A DNA stretch of 64,000 nt from an uncultured Nitrincola sp. (GTDB taxonomy: Bacteria; Pseudomonadota; Gammaproteobacteria; Pseudomonadales; Balneatricaceae), in the NCBI GenBank assembly GCA_965243635.1, contig OZ251574.1, positions 1,032,188 through 1,096,187 on the forward strand, read 5' to 3'. Positions 10,371-19,735 of this stretch are shown here, in pieces (position 1 is the first letter of the stretch; each line of letters begins with the position of its first letter). Below the pieces are notes generated by a model, which was not told the DNA's origin, did not search any database, and saw only the letters and a list, made by a program, of their open reading frames with translations. A program made the position numbers and the translations under genes.

Positions 10371-10429
10371 AGTATTAAGAGCGATCAGTGCTGCAGCTAA
10401 AATCTGCAACACTGATCGCTCTTAATACT
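10371..10429. repeat. Long near-perfect palindrome (26-bp stem, 1 mismatch, 7-nt loop)
   Basis: agtattaagagcgatcagtgctgcag-ctaaaat-ctgcaacactgatcgctcttaatact. Confidence 0.85.
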
Positions 10430-10430
10430 A

Positions 10431-10497
10431 TGAGACCTCTGCATAATGTTGCGAGCGCAGTTATCATACCCTCTGGGTAAGTTATGCAGAGGTCTCA
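10431..10497 (-). mobile_element. MITE family B, short copy B1 (67 bp)
   Basis: Terminal repeats tgagacctctgcataa / ttatgcagaggtctca, with CTA on both flanks. It is an internal-deletion derivative of B2. Confidence 0.85.
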
Positions 10498-10523
10498 CTA
10501 TAGAGCATCAAACCTTGGGTTAC

Positions 10524-10988
10524 TTAATAACTTACTCTAACCGTATCGCCTTGGGTAAGTACTCTGACTCTATCGTTAACGGCGAAGAAATTTGCCTGAC
10601 TGATTTGCTGCACTATAGAGATTGTTTCACCAGAGTCCATGCGAACAGTAATTTCTTGTCCCTGTTTACGGGTGTACTTTTCCTCTATCTTCTGTCCTAA
10701 AATACCACCGACCACAGCGCCAATGCCCGCTGCAATATCGCTGCCACTGCCACCACCGACATTACTGGCGATCACGCCCCCTAAAATGCCTCCCGCAGCG
10801 GTACCTAACACGCCATTTTGACGGCCATCGATCACCACCGGACGCTCAGAGATAACCCGGCCGAACTCAACTGCTTGTACTTTCCTGGCCTCAGATGCTG
10901 AGTAATTGTCGCCGGTTAAATTACTCGCGCAACCGGTCAGGAAAAAAAGTGCCGCTAGTAATGGGTAGAGTGTGCCTTTAAATATCAT
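10524..10988 (-). CDS. slyB: Outer-membrane lipoprotein SlyB/Pcp (glycine zipper 2TM)
   Basis: Lipobox LTGC, glycine zipper GTAAGGILGGVIASNVGGGSG, C-terminal GDTVRVSY. Confidence 0.88.
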   Translation of the reverse strand: MIFKGTLYPLLAALFFLTGCASNLTGDNYSASEARKVQAVEFGRVISERPVVIDGRQNGVLGTAAGGILGGVIASNVGGGSGSDIAAGIGAVVGGILGQKIEEKYTRKQGQEITVRMDSGETISIVQQISQANFFAVNDRVRVLTQGDTVRVSY

Positions 10989-11128
10989 AAATCACCTAAA
11001 AATATTGAGTTGGAATGTGAATTGGACAGTTATTAGCGCAAAACAGTCAAAAAAATTTAGCAAATCAGAAAAATAACTAAAAAATCCTGATTAAGTATCT
11101 AAACTTAATTGTTTACTGGATATTAATA

Positions 11129-11310
11129 TGAGACCTCTGCATAACTTACCCAGAGGGTATGATAACTGCGCTCGGTGATACTGCGTTAAAAATCGGCTCA
11201 ATATGCTCATTTACACCAGTAATACCCAAAGTGAGGGGCACACTGACTCCGCTATCTCGCCGGTTTTTGCCTTGTCTTACCTTCGCTCGCAACGTTATGC
11301 TGAGGTCTCA
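11129..11310 (+). mobile_element. MITE family B, longest intact copy B2 (182 bp)
   Basis: 17-bp terminal repeats (16/17 match) tgagacctctgcataac. ATA is duplicated at 11126-11128 and 11311-11313. Confidence 0.88.
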
Positions 11311-11419
11311 ATATACAACTGCGCTGAATTAAACCGTTAGCTTAGGGAACTCCTGAATAAGTCGCATACGCTGCGTAGAGTTTGTCCGGCGCTGGGCAGT
11401 TAGTTGGAACGGTTGTAAC

Positions 11420-11447
11420 TATTTAACAGTCATTTAACAGCTATTTA
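11420..11447. promoter_or_regulatory. Triple direct repeat with 11-bp period (candidate response-regulator site)
   Basis: TATTTA-acagt-CATTTA-acagc-TATTTA. Confidence 0.4.
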
Positions 11448-11455
11448 ATACTCAG

Positions 11456-11471
11456 TGAGACCTCTGCATAA
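11456..11471 (+). mobile_element. MITE family B solo end B3
   Basis: Exact 16-nt terminal repeat tgagacctctgcataa with no downstream body or partner end. Confidence 0.7.
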
Positions 11472-11571
11472 GGCTGATAAAGCAGTATTAGTATAGCTAT
11501 TTTAGAGTGCACTAAAATTTATTTACCAGCAAATTTAGATTACCCGCTGTTTTGATAAAAGGAATTAGCAA

Positions 11572-13095
11572 ATGGCACTAGCAAAAGTGTATACCCGGGC
11601 GCAAGTGGGAATCTCAGCGCCTTTGGTTGAAGTAGAAGTGCATCTATCTGCCGGTCTGCCGGCATTCCAATTAGTCGGATTGCCTGAAGCTGCAGTGCGC
11701 GAATCTAAAGAGCGGGTGCGCAGTGCACTGCTTAATTTAGGTTTTAATTTTCCGATGAGTCGCATCACCGTTAATTTAGCTCCTGCTGACTTGCCGAAAG
11801 AGGGCGGGAGATACGACTTGGCGATCGCGGTCGGTATACTGGCCGCTTCCCAGCAAATTCCCGATGATTTGCTCGAACAGTGGGAGTTCATCGGTGAGCT
11901 GGCGCTGTCCGGAGACTTGCGAAAAGTAAAAGGTATTTTACCGGTGGCTATTGCCTGCCAAGCGAGCCAGCGTAAGTTGTGTCTCGCCAAGCAAAGTTTG
12001 AGTGAAGCTGTTTTAGTGTCATCACTAGAGCTGGCCGCGGCGGGTAATTTGCTAGAAGTGTGTCAGCTACTGACTGGCCAGCTGCCGCTATTTGATCATC
12101 AATGTTATCAGCCAGAACCTCGAGAGGAGCTGCTCTCATTAGATCTTATCGACGTAAAAGGTCAGTTTCAAGCCAAGAGAGCGCTTGAGATAGCAGCTGC
12201 TGGCAGCCACCATCTACTGATGTCGGGTAGTCCTGGGAGTGGCAAAAGTATGCTCGCTGCTAGGCTGGCGGGTTTGTTGCCGCCACTCAATGAAGCTGAG
12301 TGTATTGAATCGGCCGCCATTTATTCGGTGGCCGGCTTAGATACCGAGCAAGTTTGTGCGGGCATTCGCCCGTTTCGCTCGCCACATCATACGGCGTCAG
12401 CGGTCTCTTTAGTCGGTGGTGGCAGTTATCCACAGCCTGGTGAAATTTCATTAGCGCACAACGGCGTCTTGTTTTTAGATGAAGTGGTTGAGTTTTCCAG
12501 AGCGGTACTGGAAGTGTTACGAGAGCCTTTAGAGGCGGGCAAAATTCATATCTCCCGAGCGGCGCAAAAGGTCTCTTTCCCGGCGCGCTTTCAATTAATC
12601 GCCGCCATGAATCCCTGTCCCTGTGGCTATGCATTGGATGCCAGTGGGCAGTGTCGCTGTACTCCCGATCAAATCAAGCGCTACCAAAGTAAGCTCTCGG
12701 GTCCACTGTTAGATCGTATCGATCTACACATTCAAGTTAACCCGATCCCGCCCGTAGAACTACTCGCCATCGAGCGGGTAGCGGATCAAGAGAGCTCGCT
12801 GCAAATAGCCCAGCGAGTCAAGGCCAGCGTCAATACCCAGTTAGCGAGACAAGGGTGTAGAAACGCGCATTTGGAAGGGGAGTTACTGACTAAAATTTGC
12901 GCGTTGGATGATGGGCTGCGCGATTTGTTGGCGACAGCGGCTACAAAAATGCGCCTGTCCGCGCGCTCTTGTAACCGAGTGTTAAAGGTTAGTCGATCAA
13001 TTGCAGACCTTGAGCTAAGTGAGCATATTAAGCGTCAGCATCTGCTGGAGGCCTTGAGCTATCGACAAGTATCGGCGATAACCCCCGGCTATTAA
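11572..13095 (+). CDS. comM: YifB/ComM Mg-chelatase-like AAA+ ATPase
   Basis: VGLPEAAVRESKERVRSAL, VNLAPADLPKEG, GSPGSGKS, GEISLAHNGVLFLDE, AMNPCPCG. Confidence 0.93.
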   Translation: MALAKVYTRAQVGISAPLVEVEVHLSAGLPAFQLVGLPEAAVRESKERVRSALLNLGFNFPMSRITVNLAPADLPKEGGRYDLAIAVGILAASQQIPDDLLEQWEFIGELALSGDLRKVKGILPVAIACQASQRKLCLAKQSLSEAVLVSSLELAAAGNLLEVCQLLTGQLPLFDHQCYQPEPREELLSLDLIDVKGQFQAKRALEIAAAGSHHLLMSGSPGSGKSMLAARLAGLLPPLNEAECIESAAIYSVAGLDTEQVCAGIRPFRSPHHTASAVSLVGGGSYPQPGEISLAHNGVLFLDEVVEFSRAVLEVLREPLEAGKIHISRAAQKVSFPARFQLIAAMNPCPCGYALDASGQCRCTPDQIKRYQSKLSGPLLDRIDLHIQVNPIPPVELLAIERVADQESSLQIAQRVKASVNTQLARQGCRNAHLEGELLTKICALDDGLRDLLATAATKMRLSARSCNRVLKVSRSIADLELSEHIKRQHLLEALSYRQVSAITPGY

Positions 13096-15143
13096 TTGCT
13101 GGGCAGCTGCTGTTTTTTTACATCATCGATTAATAGATACTTCTGCAGTATTTTTAAGTAGTGACTCTTTTGGATGATCGCTAGCTGTTGAGCAGATAAA
13201 GGTTTTTTATGCTCACTTAGTTGGGTGCTTGAGCCCGGTTTCCAGAGCAGCTGCTGTTTGCCATCGGTGCTTACACCAGTATTGAAAATATAGCCACCCT
13301 GATCGATACTGCCATAGGCACTGTCGGCTTCTTTGTGCATCAGTGGGGTCCCGTAACTTAAATATTGTTCCCGGTTTAGTGCCAGTTCAAATAACGTTGG
13401 AAATAAATCCTTGTGTGATCCCGGCATTAACCGATCGGTTGCTGTGAGTTGATCGTACTGGGGCGGCAGATAAAAATAAACGGGCACTGCATAGCGGTTG
13501 TAAGCTTGATTGGCGGCTGAGTAGTTTGCAAAGCCTTTCAGTACATGATCTCCGGTCGCCACAACAATGGTATTGTCGGCAAATTTGGATTGTTTTAACC
13601 ACGTCATAAACTCACCCAATGCATTGCTTTGAAAGTGGTAACCGGTGAGTGATTGATGAGTTTTTGCGTTATCTTTGGCAAAACCGTATTGTTCAGGGGC
13701 TAGGGGTGGCGCTAGATAATCACTGGGTAGTTTAATCGGTGGGTGATTATTGGTGGTTAGTACAAAAGAAAACAATGGCTTTTCAGGGTTGTGGTCAGTC
13801 AGCTGCTTTTGTAAATACTCAAATAAATTGCTGTCATAAACCCCCCAAGGATTATCGGACTTTTGCTTGATATAAGCTTCGATGGTGGCCCGTCCCAAAT
13901 ATTGATCGAAGCCCTGTCTGGGCCAAAATTGACCGTGTTTTCGCCAGGCGCTGTTGCCGCCACTTAAAAACAAGGTCTGATAGTTCTGGCGTTTAAAAGG
14001 CAGCAAATTAGCAGTGCTGAAGCTGTGCTTGCTCGCCGCCGATTGAGTAATAGGGCCTATCGGGGTATTTAGTAGTAAGCTTTCTATGGTTGGGTTAGTG
14101 CCGTATTTTTCTGAAAAAAAGCGCCTGAAGAAATAGTCGTCTGCAAGATGTTTAGCCATCTCTCCCAATACTTGGTTTTGCGGATTGTCGGCCAGTGCGA
14201 TATGGCTCGACCAGCCTTCCATCAGTACAAAAATAACATTGGGCTTGGTGAATAGTGGACCTTTATCACCGCTGGTTTTGAGTAGTGGCTGCTGTCGGTT
14301 GAAGCCTGCCGCTATCTTTAACTCAGCAAGTGAGTTTAGCTTTGCCGAAGCCAGTATTTTTGCTCTGCTTAAGTTGCTAAAACTGTCGTCGTTGTAATCT
14401 TTATACGCATAGTAAAAGTGATAGGGGCCATTGAGTGCCAGCGAATTGATGGTTGGATTATCATTGATCACTGTGGTGCGTCGAGACAGTGGAAAAGTAT
14501 CTAGTGAGCCTCGACCGAATAAGCCGCACAGTATTATTAGCAATACAGTGATTAGCCAAATAAGGCCTTTATTGACGGTACTTGGCGCTCGGGGGTTGCT
14601 AACTTTAGTGGCTTTTAAAAAATAGCTAGCTGTGAGCAGCGCTGCTACCACTGCGCTAAACATCAGTAAAACCAGTCGCCAATCGCTGAAAATACTGATC
14701 AGTACTGCGTAAGTGCCATCATCTACAATGCCGAAAATTAAGTTACTTATTTCCGTGCCAAAGAAAAAGTAAAAACCTATATCTAGAAAACTAAAAAATA
14801 TCGTGATCAGCAACACCGTACATAGGGTGAGCCGCGAGTAATTCCTCAGCCAGTGCCAGCGATTGAATAGGCTGATGGGGAGCATCGGCAATAATAGAAA
14901 TAAGATCAGGCAGACGGCGGATACTTTTATATCAAAACGTAGGCCGGTGAAGAGTACAGAGGCGAGATCAGCGTTGCGGGTATTTTGCCAATCGGCAATC
15001 AAAAATAAAATTAGCGCTCGGCAGCTGCCTAAAATGACTAGCGAAACAGCTAAATAAATGCCGCCATTCTTTAATTGCTGTTTAAAGGGATCAATAGTTG
15101 GCAGAGTATGATCGGTTAATTTTGCTACTACAGGCTGCTTCAA
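13092..15143 (-). CDS. LTA-synthase-family membrane sulfatase/phosphotransferase
   Basis: Five N-terminal TM segments, NVIFVLMEGW, candidate catalytic Thr in YGTNPTIE, TTNNHPP, ATGDH. Confidence 0.82.
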   Translation of the reverse strand: MKQPVVAKLTDHTLPTIDPFKQQLKNGGIYLAVSLVILGSCRALILFLIADWQNTRNADLASVLFTGLRFDIKVSAVCLILFLLLPMLPISLFNRWHWLRNYSRLTLCTVLLITIFFSFLDIGFYFFFGTEISNLIFGIVDDGTYAVLISIFSDWRLVLLMFSAVVAALLTASYFLKATKVSNPRAPSTVNKGLIWLITVLLIILCGLFGRGSLDTFPLSRRTTVINDNPTINSLALNGPYHFYYAYKDYNDDSFSNLSRAKILASAKLNSLAELKIAAGFNRQQPLLKTSGDKGPLFTKPNVIFVLMEGWSSHIALADNPQNQVLGEMAKHLADDYFFRRFFSEKYGTNPTIESLLLNTPIGPITQSAASKHSFSTANLLPFKRQNYQTLFLSGGNSAWRKHGQFWPRQGFDQYLGRATIEAYIKQKSDNPWGVYDSNLFEYLQKQLTDHNPEKPLFSFVLTTNNHPPIKLPSDYLAPPLAPEQYGFAKDNAKTHQSLTGYHFQSNALGEFMTWLKQSKFADNTIVVATGDHVLKGFANYSAANQAYNRYAVPVYFYLPPQYDQLTATDRLMPGSHKDLFPTLFELALNREQYLSYGTPLMHKEADSAYGSIDQGGYIFNTGVSTDGKQQLLWKPGSSTQLSEHKKPLSAQQLAIIQKSHYLKILQKYLLIDDVKKQQLPSN

Positions 15144-15458
15144 AATGGAGTGTCCATTGCGTGGGAAATTAGCGGACAGTATATTGGAAATTAAACTCGA
15201 CTTAAACCCAGCTCAAGCCTGCAGCTAGCAATAAAGCCACTATAATCGTCAACCAAATGGCTGGTACTCCTCTTAACTGAAGAGCGAGTTGCGAGATCGG
15301 ATCAAAATATCAGTGGCGGGATTGCTGCTGATATTAAGGATACTAATCACCGGCGAATTTTCAGCTAATACGGAAAACATTGGCGCGGTACTTGATCCTC
15401 TGATTTGTGCTTAAAAGAGCGCGAAGGGCTACCAGCTTGTGGCATAATGGATCTTTAA

Positions 15459-15618
15459 CCTGAATCCGTGACTTCAAAGTGAATACAGAGTGTAAGATAT
15501 TGGTTTTACAGAGGAATTGAAAAATCTTAGCTGCACCCATAGGTTCAGCGGCTATTTTTCTAACCGCTGTAGAATCAATAGCTTATGCTATGTAGTGCAG
15601 TGAAGTCACTGATTCAGG
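15459..15618 (+). mobile_element. MITE family A, copy A3 (160 bp)
   Basis: Terminal repeats match 17/18. TTTAA is duplicated on both flanks. Nine differences from A6 over 160 nt. Confidence 0.92.
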
Positions 15619-15707
15619 TTTAACTTAGATTATCGGTGGTTAATTAACCACTGCAGCTAAGACGATATAAACGCTGCGAATCAGGCGATAAATCAGCCGG
15701 GAATAGA

Positions 15708-17720
15708 ATGAATAAGTTAAACCCAAGACAACGTGAAGCGGTAGATTACATCAGTGGGCCGATGCTAGTACTGGCGGGAGCTGGCTCTGGTAAAACCAGT
15801 GTCATCACTCGAAAAATCGCCTATTTAGTGAATAGTTGCGGTATTGAAGCTCGGCACATAGCGGCGCTAACTTTTACTAATAAGTCTGCCAGAGAAATGA
15901 AAGAGCGGGTGGTAACTTTGTTGGCGAATGGCAAAGGGCGGGGCTTAACCGTATCTACTTTTCATAATTTGGGCATGAATATTATTCGTAAAGAGCACAA
16001 AACGCTCAAGCTAAAATCCAGCTTTTCAATTTTTGATGATACTGATACTCGATCGCTATTAAAAGACTTGCTGCTAAGCAGCGATGAAGACTCCGATCAA
16101 GTGGATTTGGTCAGAAATAAAATATCCTACTGGAAAAACGAAATGATCGAAACCGATCAAGCACTGCGAGAGGCGCAGGGTCCGGAGGATGTTTTATCGG
16201 CAAGAGTTTATGAGCGCTATCAAACCACCTTACAAGCTTATAACGCGGTCGACTTTGACGACCTTATTTGGACACCGGTAAAGTTATTTAGTAAGCATCC
16301 AGAAATTTTGCAAAAATGGCAGAATAAAATTCGCTACTTGTTAGTGGATGAATACCAAGATACCAATATGAGCCAGTATAAACTGGTCAAGCAAATTGTC
16401 GGTACTCGCGGTGCATTGACGGTGGTCGGAGATGATGATCAATCAATCTATTCCTGGCGCGGTGCTCGGCCTGAAAATTTAGCGCTGTTAAAGCAAGATT
16501 ACCCCAGTTTGAAACTGGTCAAACTCGAACAAAATTATAGATCAACCCGGCTTATCCTGAATGCCGCGAACGTGGTCATTGCCAATAACCCCCACGAGCT
16601 GAGTAAAACCTTGTGGTCCGATATGGCGCCGGGAGATCCGATTAGAGTACTCCATACCCGTAATGAAGATGCGGAGTGTGAAAGAGTAGCCACCGAAATA
16701 CTGGATCGACACTTGCGACACCGAATTGATTTTAAAGATTTTGCAGTGTTGTATCGCGGCAATCATCAGGCGCGTTTACTCGAGCTAAAACTGCAGGCGT
16801 TTCAGATCCCCTATAAACTGTCAGGTGGTACCTCATTTTTCGCCAGAGCTGAAATTAAAGACCTGATGTGTTACTTGAAAGTTTTAATTAATACTGCTGA
16901 TGACAATGCTTTTTTACGGGTGATCAATTTGCCGCGCCGTGAAATTGGTCCCAGTACCCTACAAAAACTTGGAGAGTATGCGTCCGAGCGTGAAATAAGT
17001 ATGTTTGATGCCTGTAACGAGCTGGGGCTCGAACAGGTAATGAAACCCGCACAGGTTGAACGGCTGCGCAAGTTTACCCACTGGCTGTCCGCTAAATATC
17101 AGCAGTGTATCCAAGGAGATCCAATCCAAGCTATCAGAGAGTTAATTTTTGATATTGACTACGAAGGGTGGATTCATCAAAACAGCGCCAGTGCTGGCAC
17201 CGCTGAAAAACGCATGCAAAATGTCTATTTTTTGGTAGATTCAATCCGTAACACCATGGAGCGCCTACAGGAGGACGATCCCGAGGCAGGTGTGGAAGAG
17301 GCGATTAACCGTCTGATCTTAATTGATTTGATGGATAGGCAAGAGGAGGAGGAGGACGAGAACAAAGTGCAGTTGATGACCTTGCATGCCTCTAAAGGGC
17401 TTGAATTTCCGCATGTTTTTCTAATCGGCATGGAGGAGGAGATTTTACCGCATCGAAACAGCATTGAAAATGGTGATATCGAAGAGGAGCGCCGGCTGAT
17501 GTATGTGGGGATTACTCGAGCAAAAATCACTCTGACTATCACCTTAGCTCGACAGCGCAAGCAGTTTGGCGAAGTGTTAGATTGTCAGCCGAGTCGTTTT
17601 TTAGACGAGTTGCCACAAGATGATTTACAAATTGAGGGCAACGGCGAAAAAGACCCCAAGGTGAATAAAGCGAGAGGTAAGGCAACACTCAACAGCCTGC
17701 GCAGTTTATTTGATGACTAG
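15708..17720 (+). CDS. rep: ATP-dependent DNA helicase Rep
   Basis: LNPRQ, GAGSGKT, LVDEYQDTN, VGDDDQSIYSWRGA, TLHASKGLEF, EERRLMYVGITRA. 670 aa. Confidence 0.95.
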   Translation: MNKLNPRQREAVDYISGPMLVLAGAGSGKTSVITRKIAYLVNSCGIEARHIAALTFTNKSAREMKERVVTLLANGKGRGLTVSTFHNLGMNIIRKEHKTLKLKSSFSIFDDTDTRSLLKDLLLSSDEDSDQVDLVRNKISYWKNEMIETDQALREAQGPEDVLSARVYERYQTTLQAYNAVDFDDLIWTPVKLFSKHPEILQKWQNKIRYLLVDEYQDTNMSQYKLVKQIVGTRGALTVVGDDDQSIYSWRGARPENLALLKQDYPSLKLVKLEQNYRSTRLILNAANVVIANNPHELSKTLWSDMAPGDPIRVLHTRNEDAECERVATEILDRHLRHRIDFKDFAVLYRGNHQARLLELKLQAFQIPYKLSGGTSFFARAEIKDLMCYLKVLINTADDNAFLRVINLPRREIGPSTLQKLGEYASEREISMFDACNELGLEQVMKPAQVERLRKFTHWLSAKYQQCIQGDPIQAIRELIFDIDYEGWIHQNSASAGTAEKRMQNVYFLVDSIRNTMERLQEDDPEAGVEEAINRLILIDLMDRQEEEEDENKVQLMTLHASKGLEFPHVFLIGMEEEILPHRNSIENGDIEEERRLMYVGITRAKITLTITLARQRKQFGEVLDCQPSRFLDELPQDDLQIEGNGEKDPKVNKARGKATLNSLRSLFDD

Positions 17721-17759
17721 TAAGGGGCTACTAGTCTGAATTATAGCTGGGGCTGTGCT

Positions 17760-18308
17760 TCACTGGTGCGTCTCGATATAGTGCCTCGCCATGTATAAAC
17801 CAGCGATGGCACGGCCCTCGGTAAACTCGGGGTTTAAAGCTAATGCATCGATATCACTCAGTGGCCATTTAACCACCTCAAGGGGCTCAGGCTCATCCCC
17901 TACTAGGCGACAAGGGTATAAATCCCTGGCGATAACCGCCTGCAGTTTATGTCCCATGTAATTGGGAGCGGTGGTTAGTTCTTTGAGGAAATCAATTCGT
18001 CTAGCGCCAAAGCCAATTTCTTCTTTTAGTTCGCGATCGGCGGCTTGGTAAATTGTTTCACCTTCGTCTACCGCCCCTTTGGGGAGAGATAGCGTGTAAT
18101 CATCAATTCCGCCGGCGTATTCGCGAACCAGTAATAAATGGTTATCACTGTCGAGGACGATCATCATGACAGCGCCATGCCCTCTGCTGGCTAAACGCTC
18201 ATAAGTGCGTTGCACACCGTTGCTGAAACGTAATTTTAGCTCTTCAACTAAAAACAATTTGCTCTTTGCAACTTGATTAATCTGCAAAACTTCAGGTTTA
18301 ATGGGCAT
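17760..18308 (-). CDS. nudE: ADP compounds hydrolase NudE
   Basis: LRFSNGVQRTYERL and the Nudix box GAVDEGETIYQAADRELKEEIG. Confidence 0.93.
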   Translation of the reverse strand: MPIKPEVLQINQVAKSKLFLVEELKLRFSNGVQRTYERLASRGHGAVMMIVLDSDNHLLLVREYAGGIDDYTLSLPKGAVDEGETIYQAADRELKEEIGFGARRIDFLKELTTAPNYMGHKLQAVIARDLYPCRLVGDEPEPLEVVKWPLSDIDALALNPEFTEGRAIAGLYMARHYIETHQ

Positions 18309-18405
18309 GCTGCATCAGATCCTAAATATTTACCTAAATTTGTGGTATTAAAGCGGTAGTTGAGTACGAAGAATTCTTATCCACTGCAATATTGAAAATA
18401 TATTA

Positions 18406-18474
18406 GCTGAATTTGTGACTTCAAAGTGAATCAAGAGCTTGCGCTATGTGGTGCAGTAAAGTCACTGGTTCAGG
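18406..18474 (+). mobile_element. MITE family A, short copy A4 (69 bp)
   Basis: Both ends are retained and the centre is deleted at the junction aaagtgaat|caagagc. TATTA on both flanks. Confidence 0.82.
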
Positions 18475-18581
18475 TATTAGCTTAACACATCGTTTAAGCG
18501 GGTAGATTCTGCAGTTGGGTCAGAAACAAAAGTTTGTACTGATATTGCCAATTATCTCGTCACTCACAGTGGAAGTTTATT

Positions 18582-19283
18582 TTGTTAGCTATAGATTCGC
18601 TCGATTGGTCGAAAATTGACACGGTACTATTAGATATGGATGGTACTTTATTAGATCTACATTTTGACAGCTTTTTTTGGTTGCAGCATCTGCCGGTGCG
18701 ATATGCACAAATTCATCGGCAAGATCTGGCTGAGAGTCGGGCATATTTATTACTCGAACTAGCAAAAAATCGAGGTACAATTGATTGGTATTGTACTGAT
18801 TTTTGGAGCGAAAAATTCAATCTAGATATTGCCAGTTTACGAGCTGAAGTAGCACACAATATCGCTTATCGACCTTATGTTGAAGAGTTCTTAAAATTGC
18901 TGAAACGCTCTGGGAAAAGGGTGGTACTAGTGACCAATGATCATCGCTCGGGTTTAGCGCTAAAACTTGCCGCGACCGGGCTGGGCAAATATCTGGATAA
19001 TATCGTGGTGTCGCACGATTACAGCGTAGCAAAAGAACAGCAGGCATTTTGGCAGCAGATGCAAGCTGATGAGGCATTTGATCCACAAAAGTCACTGTTT
19101 ATTGATGATACAGTCGCGGTGTTGGACTCGGCGAAAAAATACGGTATCGCCCATTTAAGATATATAGTGCAGCCTAATTCGCAATTGACTCGCGAGCACT
19201 GTGATAAACACTTAGCTATTGATTGCTTCTCGCAATTTAATCGGGCACTAATACCATTGACTAGCCAAAAGGAGCAGTTATGA
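18582..19283 (+). CDS. yrfG: HAD-family GMP/IMP nucleotidase
   Basis: LLDMDGTLLDLHFD, LVTND, FIDDT. Located upstream of hslR. Confidence 0.9.
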   Translation: MLAIDSLDWSKIDTVLLDMDGTLLDLHFDSFFWLQHLPVRYAQIHRQDLAESRAYLLLELAKNRGTIDWYCTDFWSEKFNLDIASLRAEVAHNIAYRPYVEEFLKLLKRSGKRVVLVTNDHRSGLALKLAATGLGKYLDNIVVSHDYSVAKEQQAFWQQMQADEAFDPQKSLFIDDTVAVLDSAKKYGIAHLRYIVQPNSQLTREHCDKHLAIDCFSQFNRALIPLTSQKEQL

Positions 19284-19672
19284 AGAGTAACATTCGATTA
19301 GATAAGTGGCTGTGGGCGGCGCGTTTTTTCAAGACTAGAGCGCTGGCAAAAAAAGCCATTGAAGGCGGTAAAATACACTATCAAGGCCAGCGCAGTAAAT
19401 GTAGTAAAGTTGTTGAAATCGGTGCCTTTGTTAAAATTACCCAAGGTTGGGAAGAGCGAATTGTCGAAATAAAAGCGCTGGCAGAACAACGCAGGGGAGC
19501 ACCTGAAGCAGCGCTGTTGTACGTCGAAACCGCTCTGAGTATTGACAGGAGAGTAGAGTTGGCAGAGCAGCGTAAAATATTGCGAGTATCAGACATGACC
19601 CCAGTCAAAAAACCCGATAAACGCAACCGCCGGCTGATTCAGCAAGCTAAACAATTGCTGCTCGCTGAATAA
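19280..19672 (+). CDS. hslR: Ribosome-associated heat shock protein Hsp15
   Basis: S4 domain RLDKWLWAARFFKTR. Confidence 0.93.
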   Translation: MKSNIRLDKWLWAARFFKTRALAKKAIEGGKIHYQGQRSKCSKVVEIGAFVKITQGWEERIVEIKALAEQRRGAPEAALLYVETALSIDRRVELAEQRKILRVSDMTPVKKPDKRNRRLIQQAKQLLLAE

Positions 19673-19690
19673 AAGTATTAACGCTTCCTT

Positions 19691-19735
19691 CTAAGGGAGA
19701 CTTTGAACAGGTCTTAGTTATCCACCCTGCGGGGC
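19691..19735. repeat. Repeat family C, copy C2 (short)
   Basis: cttagttatccaccctgcggggc is the exact reverse complement of the start of C1. A ctaag...cttag inverted pair is also present. Confidence 0.7.

Noticed and set aside
10446-10700. 84-aa ORF antisense to slyB
   Set aside because: It starts inside MITE B1 and runs antisense to a conserved gene.
15144-15458. Small ORF or riboswitch upstream of the LTA-synthase gene
   Set aside because: The short open frame lacks a good start, and AACTGAAGAG alone does not define any aptamer.
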